Positions 18,109-27,859 of a stretch of DNA of 64,000 nt are shown here, piece after piece. The stretch comes from Minisyncoccota bacterium (lineage in GTDB: Bacteria; Patescibacteriota; Minisyncoccia; Phycocordibacterales; UBA918). Both the position numbers and the translations under genes were made by a program. The notes under the pieces are model-generated. The model ran no database searches, was not told the origin of the DNA, and saw only the letters and a list, made by a program, of their open reading frames with translations. Numbering within the stretch: position 1 is the stretch's first letter; each line of letters opens with the position of its first letter. Location of the stretch: contig JBDNIW010000012.1 in assembly GCA_041688155.1 (NCBI GenBank), forward strand, positions 202-64,201, read 5' to 3'.

Positions 18109-18879
18109 ATGATTACCAAAAAGTCACCCGAAGAAATCGCCATCCTCGCCGAGGGTGGGGCAATACTGGCGCAGATACTCAAAACTCTCGGGACAGCTGC
18201 GTTGGCCGGAGTGAGTACTTTAGCACTTGATGATTTAGCGATGGAACTAGCTGCTGCGGCTGGGGTCGAGCCGGTGCTGCTGGGGTACCACCCAGAATTT
18301 GCTTCAGTGCCGTATCCGGCGGCGGTTTGCATATCGGTCAACAACTGCGTCCAGCACGGAATTCCCTCTGCGGAAAACGTCCTTCAGGACGGAGACGTCG
18401 TCAATATCGACATGTCGATCGCACACGGTGGAATGATTGTCGATAGCGGGATCACTGTGGGGGTGGGGGAGATTGACGAGCAGTCACGCAAACTAATCGA
18501 GGTGACCCGCGAAGCGCTGGCACATGGGATCAAAGCTGCTCAGCCTGGTAACCACATCGGTGACATTGGTGCAGCCGTTCAGCGCCTGGTCGAGTCGCGC
18601 GGCTTTTCTGTCGTGGAGACACTCTGCGGGCACGGGGTAGGCTACGCCATCCATGAGTCACCAAACATTCCCAACTACGGCCAGGCTGGTACCGGTCCAC
18701 TCATCGAAGTTGGGCACGTGTATGCCATTGAGCCAATTGTGAACATTGGTAAGCCTGACGTTGTGTTTGACGACGAGGGCGACGGCTACAGCGTGTACAC
18801 CGAAGACGACAGCTGGAGCGCTCACTTTGAACACACCGTAGTGATCACTCCTGATGGTCCAGTGATACTAACCAGATAA
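18109..18879 (+). CDS. map: methionine aminopeptidase type I
   Basis: CISVN..HGIP, GHGVG..IHE, AIEP, SAHFEHTV. Confidence 0.97.
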   Translation: MITKKSPEEIAILAEGGAILAQILKTLGTAALAGVSTLALDDLAMELAAAAGVEPVLLGYHPEFASVPYPAAVCISVNNCVQHGIPSAENVLQDGDVVNIDMSIAHGGMIVDSGITVGVGEIDEQSRKLIEVTREALAHGIKAAQPGNHIGDIGAAVQRLVESRGFSVVETLCGHGVGYAIHESPNIPNYGQAGTGPLIEVGHVYAIEPIVNIGKPDVVFDDEGDGYSVYTEDDSWSAHFEHTVVITPDGPVILTR

Positions 18880-18959
18880 AGTCTCGCTTGAGGCTTTTCT
18901 TTTTTATTTCGTACGGTATACTGCGCGCATATTAATCAGTCATACTAATCAATACTTTC

Positions 18960-19574
18960 ATGTCAAAAGCCCCCCACCAAGAACGAACGTTCGTTATGTT
19001 GAAGCCTGACGCTGTCCAGCGCGGTTTAATCGGTGAAATCATTCAGCGTTTTGAAGCGACTGGTCTGAAATGCTCAGCGCTGAAAATGTTTATGGCTGAA
19101 GAATCAACTCTGTTTGCCCACTACAATAAAGATGAAGCTTGGTTCATGAAAAAAGGAAATGGAATTGTTGAGAATCTCAAAGAGCAGGGCAAGCCAGTCG
19201 AGAAAGAAGCGATGGAGTACGGTAAAGATATCATTCGTCAAAACGCTGTGTTTATGATGCAGTCACCACTGATTGCAATGGTATGGGAAGGAAACAAAGC
19301 CGCTGCCGTTATTAAAAAACTGGTTGGCTCAACCGAGCCATCTACTTCAGATGTGGGTACTATCCGCGGTGACTACACCGTTGATTCATATTCTCATGCG
19401 GCGTATGAAGACCGAGCAGTACGTAACCTGATTCACTGTACTGACCCTGAAGATGGTCTTGAGGAAGCCGAACGAGAAATCGCACTGTGGTTCGACGAGT
19501 CAGAAATCATGTCGTATACTACCGCCCAAGAAGCCATCATGTACGACGTGAACCTCGATGGAGTACCTGAGTAA
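18960..19574 (+). CDS. ndk: nucleoside diphosphate kinase
   Basis: ERTFVMLKPDAVQRGL, GTIRGDY, NLIHCTD. Confidence 0.95.
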   Translation: MSKAPHQERTFVMLKPDAVQRGLIGEIIQRFEATGLKCSALKMFMAEESTLFAHYNKDEAWFMKKGNGIVENLKEQGKPVEKEAMEYGKDIIRQNAVFMMQSPLIAMVWEGNKAAAVIKKLVGSTEPSTSDVGTIRGDYTVDSYSHAAYEDRAVRNLIHCTDPEDGLEEAEREIALWFDESEIMSYTTAQEAIMYDVNLDGVPE

Positions 19575-19779
19575 CAAGTAGCCGATACAATCACCTGACC
19601 GACGTGTCAGGTGATTGTTGTTTAGTAGCCTAGAATCGGTAAACCCAACCCAACCCAGTCAATGTATTATAGATGATACACAGATTGAGTTGTGGCGATT
19701 TGTAGGGAAGGAGTGAGTGTGTCTGCGCCAGCTGGGCGCGGCTGATTTTATTGGTCGGTATCTTGTGCTAGTATTACTA

Positions 19780-19931
19780 GTGGAGCTACATTACGTATGT
19801 TCTCAATACTCTATCGCAGGGCTGCCTGGTCTCAATGTTTCGTGCTGAATGCCATTAAGGGCGATCAAATATTCGGAACAGATATGGTGCCCACCTGATC
19901 TTTAGTTCAGGGCATGCGTCTGTAGCTCCAT
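19780..19931 (+). ncRNA. ssrS: 6S RNA-like (compact, ~150 nt)
   Basis: Closing stems TGGAGCTACA/TGTAGCTCCA and ACGTATGTTCT/AGGGCATGCGT, central bubble with GGTGCCCACCTG..GTTCA; upstream -10 and downstream terminator. Confidence 0.6.
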
Positions 19932-19932
19932 A

Positions 19933-19963
19933 GAAAAAGTCCGGCTTTGCGCCGGACTTTTTC
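19933..19963 (+). terminator. intrinsic terminator
   Basis: GAAAAAGTCCGGC-TTTGC-GCCGGACTTTTTC. Confidence 0.8.
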
Positions 19964-20089
19964 GTGTCTGCTGGTCGAGTTAACGTATATTGTTGTAGTA
20001 CAAATACTCCAATCGATTGGAGTATTTTGTCGCTCATTGTATCCAGGTAGTTTCAGTTCCCCCGACCACAATGCGGTATAATGCTGCTA

Positions 20090-21454
20090 ATGTCTTCTAC
20101 ACTTGGGTTCTATGGCGGGGTTGGGTCGGTTACTGGGGCTAATTTTATGCTGGATACCGGCGAGCAGGCATTCCTGGTCGACTGCGGGTTAGTGCAGGGG
20201 GATCGGTTTGCGCAAGCGAAAAACGCCGAGCCGTTTGCCTACGATCCAGCCAAGGTCGACGTGTTGTTTGTCACCCACGCCCACGCCGACCATATCGGCC
20301 GCATCCCCAAACTCGTTCGGGACGGGTTTCGCGGGCAGATTTACTCGACGGCAGCCACCCGCGACCTCGCGCACATTATGTTTGAAGATGCGCTACACAT
20401 CATGCAGCACGAGGCGGAGCGTGATAATCGTCAGCCACTCTATAATGGTAAGGATATCGACCTGGCGATTGGGATGTGGGAAGGGGTGACGTACGACCAG
20501 CCGATTGTTTTGGGCGACACCACGGTGCGATTTACCGACGCGGGGCATATCTTGGGGTCCGCGATGGTGACAATGGAGCGTTACGGCAAGAGAATTGTTT
20601 TTACCGGGGACGTAGGCAACATCCCACAGCCACTGCTGGCTGCGCCAACGGTTCCCAAGGACTATGATTATATGGTGATGGAAAGTGTCTATGGTGATCG
20701 CGTCCACGAGGAGGTGGATGAACGAACGGCGCTACTCAAATACCACATCGAGGAAACCATCCGCAAAAACGGTACCCTGATCATCCCAGCGTTCTCACTC
20801 GAGCGGACCCAGGGCATATTGTACGAGATCAACAACATGATTGAGTCTGGCGCCGTGCCGTCAATCAAAACGTACCTCGACTCACCGCTGGCAATCCGCG
20901 TGACTGACGTCTACCGTGACTCGACCGAGTATCTGCGAGATGATGTACAGCAACAAATTGAGGGCGGTGACGACATCTTCTCGTTTGAGGGACTGTCGTT
21001 TACCGAAACCATGAAAGAATCAAAACAAATCGCAGCGTTTGGTGGTCCCAAAATCATCATCGCTGGCAGTGGGATGAGTCATGGTGGTCGCATCCGTGAG
21101 CACGAGAAGCGGTTCTTGGGTGACGCAGCCACCACGCTGCTCTTGGTCGGGTACCAAACAGTGGGGAGTATCGGACGTCTACTCCAAGACGGCGCCAAAC
21201 AGGTCTGGATAGATGGCACTGACGTGCGAGTTAAAGCCAAGGTGGAGACCATTAGGGGCTTCTCAGGCCACGCTGACCGCAACCAGCTGATTGACCTGGT
21301 GTACCAGGGGACAGAGGACTACAAACCCAAACAAGTGTTCGTCACCATGGGGGAGGAGCGAGCCTCCCTGTTCCTCACCCAACGCCTGCGCGACTACCTA
21401 GGAATAAACGCCATTGCCCCCGAACCAAACGCTGAGATTGAGATTGATTTTTAG
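20090..21454 (+). CDS. MBL-fold beta-CASP ribonuclease (Ysh1-like)
   Basis: THAHADHIG, AGHILGS, MESVYG, FSGHAD. Confidence 0.92.
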   Translation: MSSTLGFYGGVGSVTGANFMLDTGEQAFLVDCGLVQGDRFAQAKNAEPFAYDPAKVDVLFVTHAHADHIGRIPKLVRDGFRGQIYSTAATRDLAHIMFEDALHIMQHEAERDNRQPLYNGKDIDLAIGMWEGVTYDQPIVLGDTTVRFTDAGHILGSAMVTMERYGKRIVFTGDVGNIPQPLLAAPTVPKDYDYMVMESVYGDRVHEEVDERTALLKYHIEETIRKNGTLIIPAFSLERTQGILYEINNMIESGAVPSIKTYLDSPLAIRVTDVYRDSTEYLRDDVQQQIEGGDDIFSFEGLSFTETMKESKQIAAFGGPKIIIAGSGMSHGGRIREHEKRFLGDAATTLLLVGYQTVGSIGRLLQDGAKQVWIDGTDVRVKAKVETIRGFSGHADRNQLIDLVYQGTEDYKPKQVFVTMGEERASLFLTQRLRDYLGINAIAPEPNAEIEIDF

Positions 21455-21456
21455 GT

Positions 21457-22131
21457 ATGGCAGATAAATCATTATTTAGGTCTAGTCTAGTCTAGTCTAG
21501 TCTAGTTTGGTTGATAGCTGGGGTTGGAGTGTTTATTTACGCGACAATCGGCATTCTAATTGAGAATGTGCCCGGTGTCGAAGCACTTATATTGTGGCTC
21601 GAGACATTGGTCGGTGTATGGGTTGTACTGGCGGTATTTGTGGCGATTATTATTGAGGGGTTGTATTTCGTCGGTAGTTTCTTTCCGGGATTCTCGGTAG
21701 TGGTATTGCTCGCGATACTGTCACAAACCGACAGTTTGGCTCTATTTGTCTCAACCATTCTAGCTATTTTTCTAGGTTGGGTGATCTCAGGTGCCGTAAA
21801 TATTTACTTTGCTAAAAAGTACGCCGTTGAGGTAGATCATCCCGTCTCAGCCCGGGACTACCCATTGGCTACCTGGCTACCATCATTTCGAGCGAATCAA
21901 GAAGTGGCGTAAACTGTGGCTGGAATAGCTCCGTTGCGAGTATTTATTAATTCTACGCGCATAAAGTTATGTGCCAGTTTGTTTATGGCGGTGATTGTAC
22001 TGGTATTAGCTCAAACGCTAGATATAAATGAAATAAGTAATGACGAAGGGTTTGCTACTTTATATGTTTCAGCGTCAGTTATGTTGATTGTAGGGATTAT
22101 GCAATTAAGAAGATATTATTTTTTAAAATAA
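21457..22131 (+). pseudogene. disrupted DedA-like membrane protein
   Basis: IEGLYFVGSFFPG motif; frame broken by (TCTAG)4 at 21481-21500 and by in-frame TAA at 21910-21912. Confidence 0.65.
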
Positions 22132-22412
22132 CCGCTATGAACCTGCCGTCAGAAATTGAAGCTGCATTGGACAGGTGTGTTTCAGTGGTTGACAGGATGG
22201 AATACCAAGCACGTAATGGAAATAGACGGGGAAAGGTTGGAGATTGATTACACTGAATACAACGAGGTGCGGTGGGTAACTATTGATGAGGCTTGAGTGC
22301 TGGTGACAGATTTCGTAAACCTACAGGCGTTAGATCGATTGGAGAAACTCTAGCAAGCAATAATTTCAACTGTACAGTTGAAATGTACAGTTCATTATGC
22401 TATAATCTAGCT

Positions 22413-22667
22413 ATGCCTGAAACTATCTCATCAACTAAACTACGTGCGAATCTTAAAGATGCATTGCGGCACGTTAAGGAAAGCAAAAAGCCTCTGATTA
22501 TTACCGAGCGTGGTGCCGCCACCTCAGTGATTTTAGACATTGCTGAGTATGAAGATGTTTTGATGTCTCATGACAAACAAGCCGTTGCTGAGCTGCATGA
22601 ATCCATCGCGCAGAAAAAGCGAGGAGAAGTTGTGTCGTTTGAAAGTGTCTTTGCAGATATTTTGTAG
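22413..22667 (+). CDS. Phd/YefM family antitoxin
   Basis: ISSTKLRANL..PLIITERG..VILDIAEYE. Confidence 0.9.
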   Translation: MPETISSTKLRANLKDALRHVKESKKPLIITERGAATSVILDIAEYEDVLMSHDKQAVAELHESIAQKKRGEVVSFESVFADIL

Positions 22668-22668
22668 T

Positions 22669-22926
22669 ATGGCGTTTACGTTTGTATTTACCCAACTCGC
22701 CAAAAAACAAACCGATAAACTCGACACGCTGACTCGCCGCAGGATTGCCAAAAAATTACAGCAACTAGCTCAGTATGACGACCTGTCACACATTGCAATT
22801 AACTTAGAAGGCCAGTTTGCAGGCAAGCAGCGTATTAGGGTGGGCACGTACCGAATCATATGTGAAATCGAAGTGGATATTGTTACGGTCCTACGAGTGG
22901 AGCATAGGCGGAAGATATATCAGTAA
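22669..22926 (+). CDS. RelE/ParE family toxin
   Basis: AKKQTDKLD..RIRVGTYRIIC..VEHRRKIY. Confidence 0.9.
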   Translation: MAFTFVFTQLAKKQTDKLDTLTRRRIAKKLQQLAQYDDLSHIAINLEGQFAGKQRIRVGTYRIICEIEVDIVTVLRVEHRRKIYQ

Positions 22927-22932
22927 GAATAC

Positions 22933-22966
22933 AAAAAGACCGACACGTTACGTGTCGGTTCTTTTT
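22933..22966. terminator. bidirectional terminator
   Basis: AAAAAGACCGACACG-TTA-CGTGTCGGTTCTTTTT. Confidence 0.75.
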
Positions 22967-22982
22967 ATTCTTACTGCTTGGC

Positions 22983-23330
22983 TTACTTACTCGCTTCGGC
23001 TACGACTCGACTGAATGCTTCTGGGTTCTCTACTGCTAGGGTAGCCATGATCTTTCGATCGAGAGCGATTTCTCGCACTTTTAGCAGGTTGATGAATCGG
23101 CTGTACTTGATGCCATGTTCCATCAGGGCAGCGTTGATTCGCACTGTCCATAGCCGTCGGAAGTCATTCTTTTTGTCTTTACGGTGCGCAAACGCGTAGG
23201 TTTGGGCGTGGTAGATTGCTTCGCGCGCTTGGGCTTTTTTGGTTGAGCGTCCGAACCGATACCCCTTTACTTCATCGAGGATGTTTCGTTTTCGCTTCTG
23301 GGCCATCAGGCCTCCTTTTACTCGTGCCAT
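22983..23330 (-). CDS. rplT: 50S ribosomal protein L20
   Basis: MARVKGG, FRRLWTVRINAA, LDRKIMA. Confidence 0.98.
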   Translation of the reverse strand: MARVKGGLMAQKRKRNILDEVKGYRFGRSTKKAQAREAIYHAQTYAFAHRKDKKNDFRRLWTVRINAALMEHGIKYSRFINLLKVREIALDRKIMATLAVENPEAFSRVVAEASK

Positions 23331-23333
23331 AGA

Positions 23334-23582
23334 TTAAGAGTTAATTACGTTAGCTTCAACCGCCGCCGCTGCAGCAGCAATTTTCTTGGCTCGGCCAGCG
23401 TTACCTGGTAAAAAGCGACGCACCAGTCTTTCTGACATACTGATGGTGTTACTTCGTTTGCGGGCTAGTCGCTGTCGACCTGTCTGGCGGGCGTTGAAGT
23501 GGTTTTGACCTGGTCGCCGAGTAACCAGTTTACCGTTCTTGGTAACCTTGATTCGTTTGGTGAATGACTTGTTTGTTTTCAT
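23334..23582 (-). CDS. rpmI: 50S ribosomal protein L35 with Ala-rich C-terminal extension
   Basis: MKTNKSFTKRIKVTKNGK..HFN; synteny. Confidence 0.93.
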   Translation of the reverse strand: MKTNKSFTKRIKVTKNGKLVTRRPGQNHFNARQTGRQRLARKRSNTISMSERLVRRFLPGNAGRAKKIAAAAAAVEANVINS

Positions 23583-23725
23583 AAATTGTTTGTTTTTTGA
23601 TCGAGCTTCAAACGTGGGGGAAAGTACGTCAAAGTGGGCAAAATATACCGTATTTGGCTCCAGAAGTAAAGCGAAACGGAGGTGGAATTAGATGATCCCC
23701 CTCCGTTTCGCTACTGCAGGGCTGA

Positions 23726-24415
23726 TTAAATCAGTCCTCCTTCAATATCAAGCAAATCATCGAGTGATTTTTTCTTAGATTTACTAGTTCCATCGTCGGT
23801 TTTGCTGGTTTTCTTGGTGGCTTTTTTCTCGGCTACTTCTTCCAGAATTTTGGGCTTATCTGACTTTTTTACCTTGCCGATACGTTCGATGGTGGCTGTC
23901 CAACCTTTGGGGCTTTTCTTCATCGGGTCAGCCAGTTTGTACTCAGCGGGGATGATTTTCATGAACCGATCGAGTCGTTCTTTGAGGAACTCAGCTTCCA
24001 TGTATTTGTAGCGCCCCCACAGGAATAGGTCGACTTTGACGCGGTGTCCTTCCTCGAGCCATTGTGCAGCGCGTCGTGCCTTCATTTGCTGGTCATGTTC
24101 GCCGGTGCCGATTTTGACTTGGACGCTTTTGGTCTCGGTAACGTGTGCTTTAGCTTTGGCGACGCTGGCTTTGCGTTTGGTGTCATAGCGGTATTGGCCA
24201 TAGTCGGTGATTTTGGCTACCGGTGGTTTGGCTTTGGGCGAGATCTCGATCAGGTCGAGCTTCATTTCATCGGCTTTTTTTAGTGCCTCAGTGAGTGATA
24301 GGGTGCCGAGGTTTTCGTTGTCGGGACCAACGACGCGCAGTTCGGACGCCCGAATAGCTTTGTTGATGCGGGTTCTGGTGTCTGGTCCGTGAAAACGTCG
24401 TTGTGGTGCTGGCAA
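23726..24415 (-). CDS. infC: translation initiation factor IF-3 (TTG start)
   Basis: RINKAIRA, LDLIEISP, PPVAKITDYG; in-frame TAA lies seven codons upstream of the TTG, with no intervening ATG. Confidence 0.96.
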   Translation of the reverse strand: MPAPQRRFHGPDTRTRINKAIRASELRVVGPDNENLGTLSLTEALKKADEMKLDLIEISPKAKPPVAKITDYGQYRYDTKRKASVAKAKAHVTETKSVQVKIGTGEHDQQMKARRAAQWLEEGHRVKVDLFLWGRYKYMEAEFLKERLDRFMKIIPAEYKLADPMKKSPKGWTATIERIGKVKKSDKPKILEEVAEKKATKKTSKTDDGTSKSKKKSLDDLLDIEGGLI

Positions 24416-24524
24416 GTGAGTGGGGTTTAAAGATTAATATTACGTGTCGATGAGGCAATCAGGCCAAGTCCACCGCGACGTACTAATTGACAAAATATAC
24501 TAGGATTGGCCTTGTTTTGCAAGG

Positions 24525-25328
24525 TTATTGTTTTTTGAACCAGGGAATAAAGTAGCTGGTGGTCTGGATGTAGTGCTGGTACTCAGCTGGATAGCGCTCA
24601 AGAAAGGCGGTTTCGAGCATCGGTCCAGTGATTTTGGTTACTATGTATGTAATCACTAGTGGACTAATGATTGCGAGGTACCCAAACGGTAGTGGCAACA
24701 CCATCACGGTCAGGCCCCACCAGATGAGTGTTTCACCAAAGTAATTTGGCCGTCGAGACAGACGAAACAGCCCGCGCGTCATCAAGGTAGCTGGCTCAGT
24801 GCCAGCTACCTTGCCAGCGATAAAGCGATCGAGCTGTAGGTCTGCGATGGTTTCGTACACTAATCCAAAACAAAACACTAGGAAGCCGATCAGCACAAAC
24901 CATGGGTTATACATTGTGGGGAAGGAGATTGCCCACAAAGCTGGTGCCGAGATGATTAAAATTAGTGCAACCTGCAGCAAGTTCACTTGTAGGTAACTAC
25001 GGATAAGAAAGTATCCGCGACCTCGCTCCATCCAGGTTTGGCGCCACTTCGCGTAGCGCGCATCCTCTGGCGTGCCGAGGTTTTTGCGGAAGATTCGACT
25101 GGAGAGTCGGATGGCCCAAGCGGCGATGCAGCCGACCACGACGGTTGGTAATAATTCGGTTGTGCCAGACAGATACAGCGCGCCACCCGAGGCAATGAAA
25201 AACGCTGGCCCGTAGGCGATGTCCATGACACTGTTGTCACGACAGATACGGGCAATAATAAAGATAATCACTGAGTAGATGATGAGGATACCCCCAACTA
25301 ATCCACTGGTTGTTAACAGGTTTTCCAT
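24525..25328 (-). CDS. DUF1295 family (steroid 5-alpha reductase-like) membrane protein
   Basis: NSVMDIAYG, EDARY, ETIADLQL, SRRPNYFGE. Confidence 0.9.
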   Translation of the reverse strand: MENLLTTSGLVGGILIIYSVIIFIIARICRDNSVMDIAYGPAFFIASGGALYLSGTTELLPTVVVGCIAAWAIRLSSRIFRKNLGTPEDARYAKWRQTWMERGRGYFLIRSYLQVNLLQVALILIISAPALWAISFPTMYNPWFVLIGFLVFCFGLVYETIADLQLDRFIAGKVAGTEPATLMTRGLFRLSRRPNYFGETLIWWGLTVMVLPLPFGYLAIISPLVITYIVTKITGPMLETAFLERYPAEYQHYIQTTSYFIPWFKKQ

Positions 25329-25372
25329 ATAGTACCCTTCATTGTAGCAGATGCTATACTATAGTTTGACTT

Positions 25373-26076
25373 ATGCCTCGAGTATCCACCACATCACAAG
25401 TGCAACCAGTGGAGAAAAAACCCACCAGGCGGCGGGCCGTACCCAAACCATCGGACGATGGACATGCTTCAACCACACCAAAAAAGGTAGCTAAAAAAAA
25501 CGGCTCGTCAGACTCCTGTCAAACACAAGGCAGCGACCAAAAAATCCAACTCAGCCAAAGCCGAACCAGTTGAGGAGGTTGAAACAGTAGCGACTATGCC
25601 AGCAACAACTACCACCAGAAAAGCGCCGACAGAATTTGCTGATCAGGTAGCTCGAAAGAAAGCCACCTGTACCCAGGCGGTCGTGATTGGGGTGCTGCTA
25701 TCACTTGGAGTGGGTGCATCGGCGGCGGTTGGGTTTACCGATTCAGCAGCTGGGCAGATACATGTGGCAAAGACCATTAGCGACCGAACTGAACCGATGG
25801 CCAACATGGTGGATGTCGATGGTCCAACGATCGTTGCTCCTCGACGAAACAGCAACAACGCTCCCGACGGTGGATTTATCGGTGTGCGTCCGATTGATCC
25901 ACCAGCTCTAAAAACCGCCGCCAATCTGGCAGCCGAAGCACTGGCTACCTCGACAGTGGACATCGCCACTACTACAGCTGTGGATGGGGGGTGCGCAAGA
26001 GGAAGGAATAGACATGTCTGATCAACCCGCAGCGTCGATGGATTCTGCTACGACTACCGTGACTGCAGTGGAGTAA
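25373..26076 (+). pseudogene. single membrane-anchored protein gene with two homopolymer frameshifts
   Basis: Removing one A from A8 (25493-25500) and one G from G6 (~25985-25991) gives one frame from 25373 to TAA 26076. Confidence 0.6.
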
Positions 26077-26148
26077 ATTGACTCTGAAGCGGTTGTCTAA
26101 TGCACTGAACAAAGAGTGGTTCAGTGATACACTATAAATATAAACAGT

Positions 26149-27444
26149 ATGGAAGTTAATGCAGAAGAAGTCAGGGCTCGCGCTTTTTTGATTACCGTCA
26201 GTGTATTTGTCGTTTCGATTTGCGGCGTGCTACTGCTGGCTTTTTTGTACGATTTCTCAACGCTGAACCTGAGCGGTTTGTTGTTCTTGTTGGCTTTTCT
26301 GTGCTGCGTGTTGATTGCTAAAAACGTCTACGATGTTTCGAGCATAGCCCCCGTTGCAGATCAACCGATGGTGTCTAGGGTACTGGAAGCAAATCAGTCG
26401 ATGTATCTGCAACTCTATCAAAAGAGCCCAATTCCGTATTTTATGATTGATACTGTTGGGGTCATCACGTCTGCCAACACCGCAGCTGCTCGGTTGCTTG
26501 GCGTGCAACAAAAACGCGTGATTGGCATTAATATATTTGAAATAATCGAAACAAGTAGCGTCGAGCACAAAGACACCTTGATCAAAAAATACACCAGTGG
26601 GGTTGGTGTGAGTGATGAATTGGTGCGATTGCGTCGCTCTGATCATCGTGAGGTGTGGGGCTTGCTCTCACTCTTTCAGTTTGTTGCGAGCAATCAGCAA
26701 CCTCAGGGGCTTCTCACGCTAGTTGATATCACGAAGCAAAAAAAAGCCGAAGACGCCAAATCAGACTTCGTCTCTTTAGCTTCTCACCAGTTACGGACAC
26801 CACTGGCGGGTATGAAATGGAGCGCAGAGTTGCTCGAGATGGACAGCCCGGAAACATTGACTCAACGACAGCGTAAATACATGGATCGTTTACTCGAGAG
26901 TATCGCTCGTATGTCGGTGTTAGTGGACGATTTTTTGCGCGTATCGCGGTTCGAGTTGGGGAGTTTTACTGCTGACTACCAGCCGGTCAATCTGCCACAG
27001 CTGTTAGCTGCAGTGATTGAAGAACTTGACCCAAAAATAAAACAAAAAAACTTAGTACTGCAGACAGATTTTGATCCAGCTATCATCACCATCGTGAGTG
27101 ACCCCAATTTATTGCGGATGGCTATGACTAATCTGTATGGTAATGCAATCAAATACACACCAACAGGTGGCAGTGTGCGGTTGTCATACCAAGAAGTAAA
27201 CGGTCTACTCAAAATAGAAGTCGCCGACTCTGGTATAGGAATACCCCAGGTTGATCAAGAGTATATTTTCTCTAAGCTGTTCCGAGCAACCAATGCTCGA
27301 CGCGATGTGCCTGATGGTACTGGGTTGGGATTGTATATTGTTCGTGAAGCAGTGTCGGTCCTGCGTGGAAAAGTAACCTTTACCTCAATTGAGGGTCAAG
27401 GGACCGTGTTTACTGTTCATATCCCACTAGAGGCGGTGGAGTAA
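26149..27444 (+). CDS. PAS-domain sensor histidine kinase
   Basis: 2 TM helices, PAS, ASHQLRTPL, NAIKYT, DSGIGI, GTGLGL. Confidence 0.95.
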   Translation: MEVNAEEVRARAFLITVSVFVVSICGVLLLAFLYDFSTLNLSGLLFLLAFLCCVLIAKNVYDVSSIAPVADQPMVSRVLEANQSMYLQLYQKSPIPYFMIDTVGVITSANTAAARLLGVQQKRVIGINIFEIIETSSVEHKDTLIKKYTSGVGVSDELVRLRRSDHREVWGLLSLFQFVASNQQPQGLLTLVDITKQKKAEDAKSDFVSLASHQLRTPLAGMKWSAELLEMDSPETLTQRQRKYMDRLLESIARMSVLVDDFLRVSRFELGSFTADYQPVNLPQLLAAVIEELDPKIKQKNLVLQTDFDPAIITIVSDPNLLRMAMTNLYGNAIKYTPTGGSVRLSYQEVNGLLKIEVADSGIGIPQVDQEYIFSKLFRATNARRDVPDGTGLGLYIVREAVSVLRGKVTFTSIEGQGTVFTVHIPLEAVE

Positions 27445-27820
27445 CAGGTAGCGCTAGTTTTTTGGCAATAATGTCCGCTAGTTGCTGCATACTCCAGTCC
27501 GGCTTAAACATCACATCTGACAGAGGTAGGTCGATGTTATTGGCTATGTTTTCGATCGATTCTGAAGCGGTGAGAACCACGATGTTGGCGGTCGCCCCCC
27601 AGGCGGTTGCGCGGATTTGACGATACACCTCGTAGCCGTTGATGTCAGGGAGGCGGATATCAAGCAAGATTAAGTCCGGGTGTTGCTCAAGTGCGATTGC
27701 CACACCGTCTGTGCCATTCGCGCTATACAGTGTGTTGTAGTTATGCATTTCTAGCATATCAATGAGCGAGTCGGCTAAGTACGACGAATCTTCAATTACT
27801 AAAATGGTTGAGGCTGACAT
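27410..27820 (-). CDS. single-domain response regulator
   Basis: ILVIEDS, PDLILLDIRLPDING, VLTA, KP. Confidence 0.93.
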   Translation of the reverse strand: MSASTILVIEDSSYLADSLIDMLEMHNYNTLYSANGTDGVAIALEQHPDLILLDIRLPDINGYEVYRQIRATAWGATANIVVLTASESIENIANNIDLPLSDVMFKPDWSMQQLADIIAKKLALPVTPPPLVGYEQ

Positions 27821-27859
27821 GTTACTAGTGTAGCATTTTGTACTATACTAGCTATATCT

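Noticed and set aside
21910-21912. Stop-codon reassignment
   Set aside because: It is a single TAA in an already frameshifted gene; core genes end in TAA/TAG and translate fully under code 11.
22137-22296. Short NUDIX-like fragment (..DYTEYNEVRWVTIDEA)
   Set aside because: It is too degraded to call with confidence.
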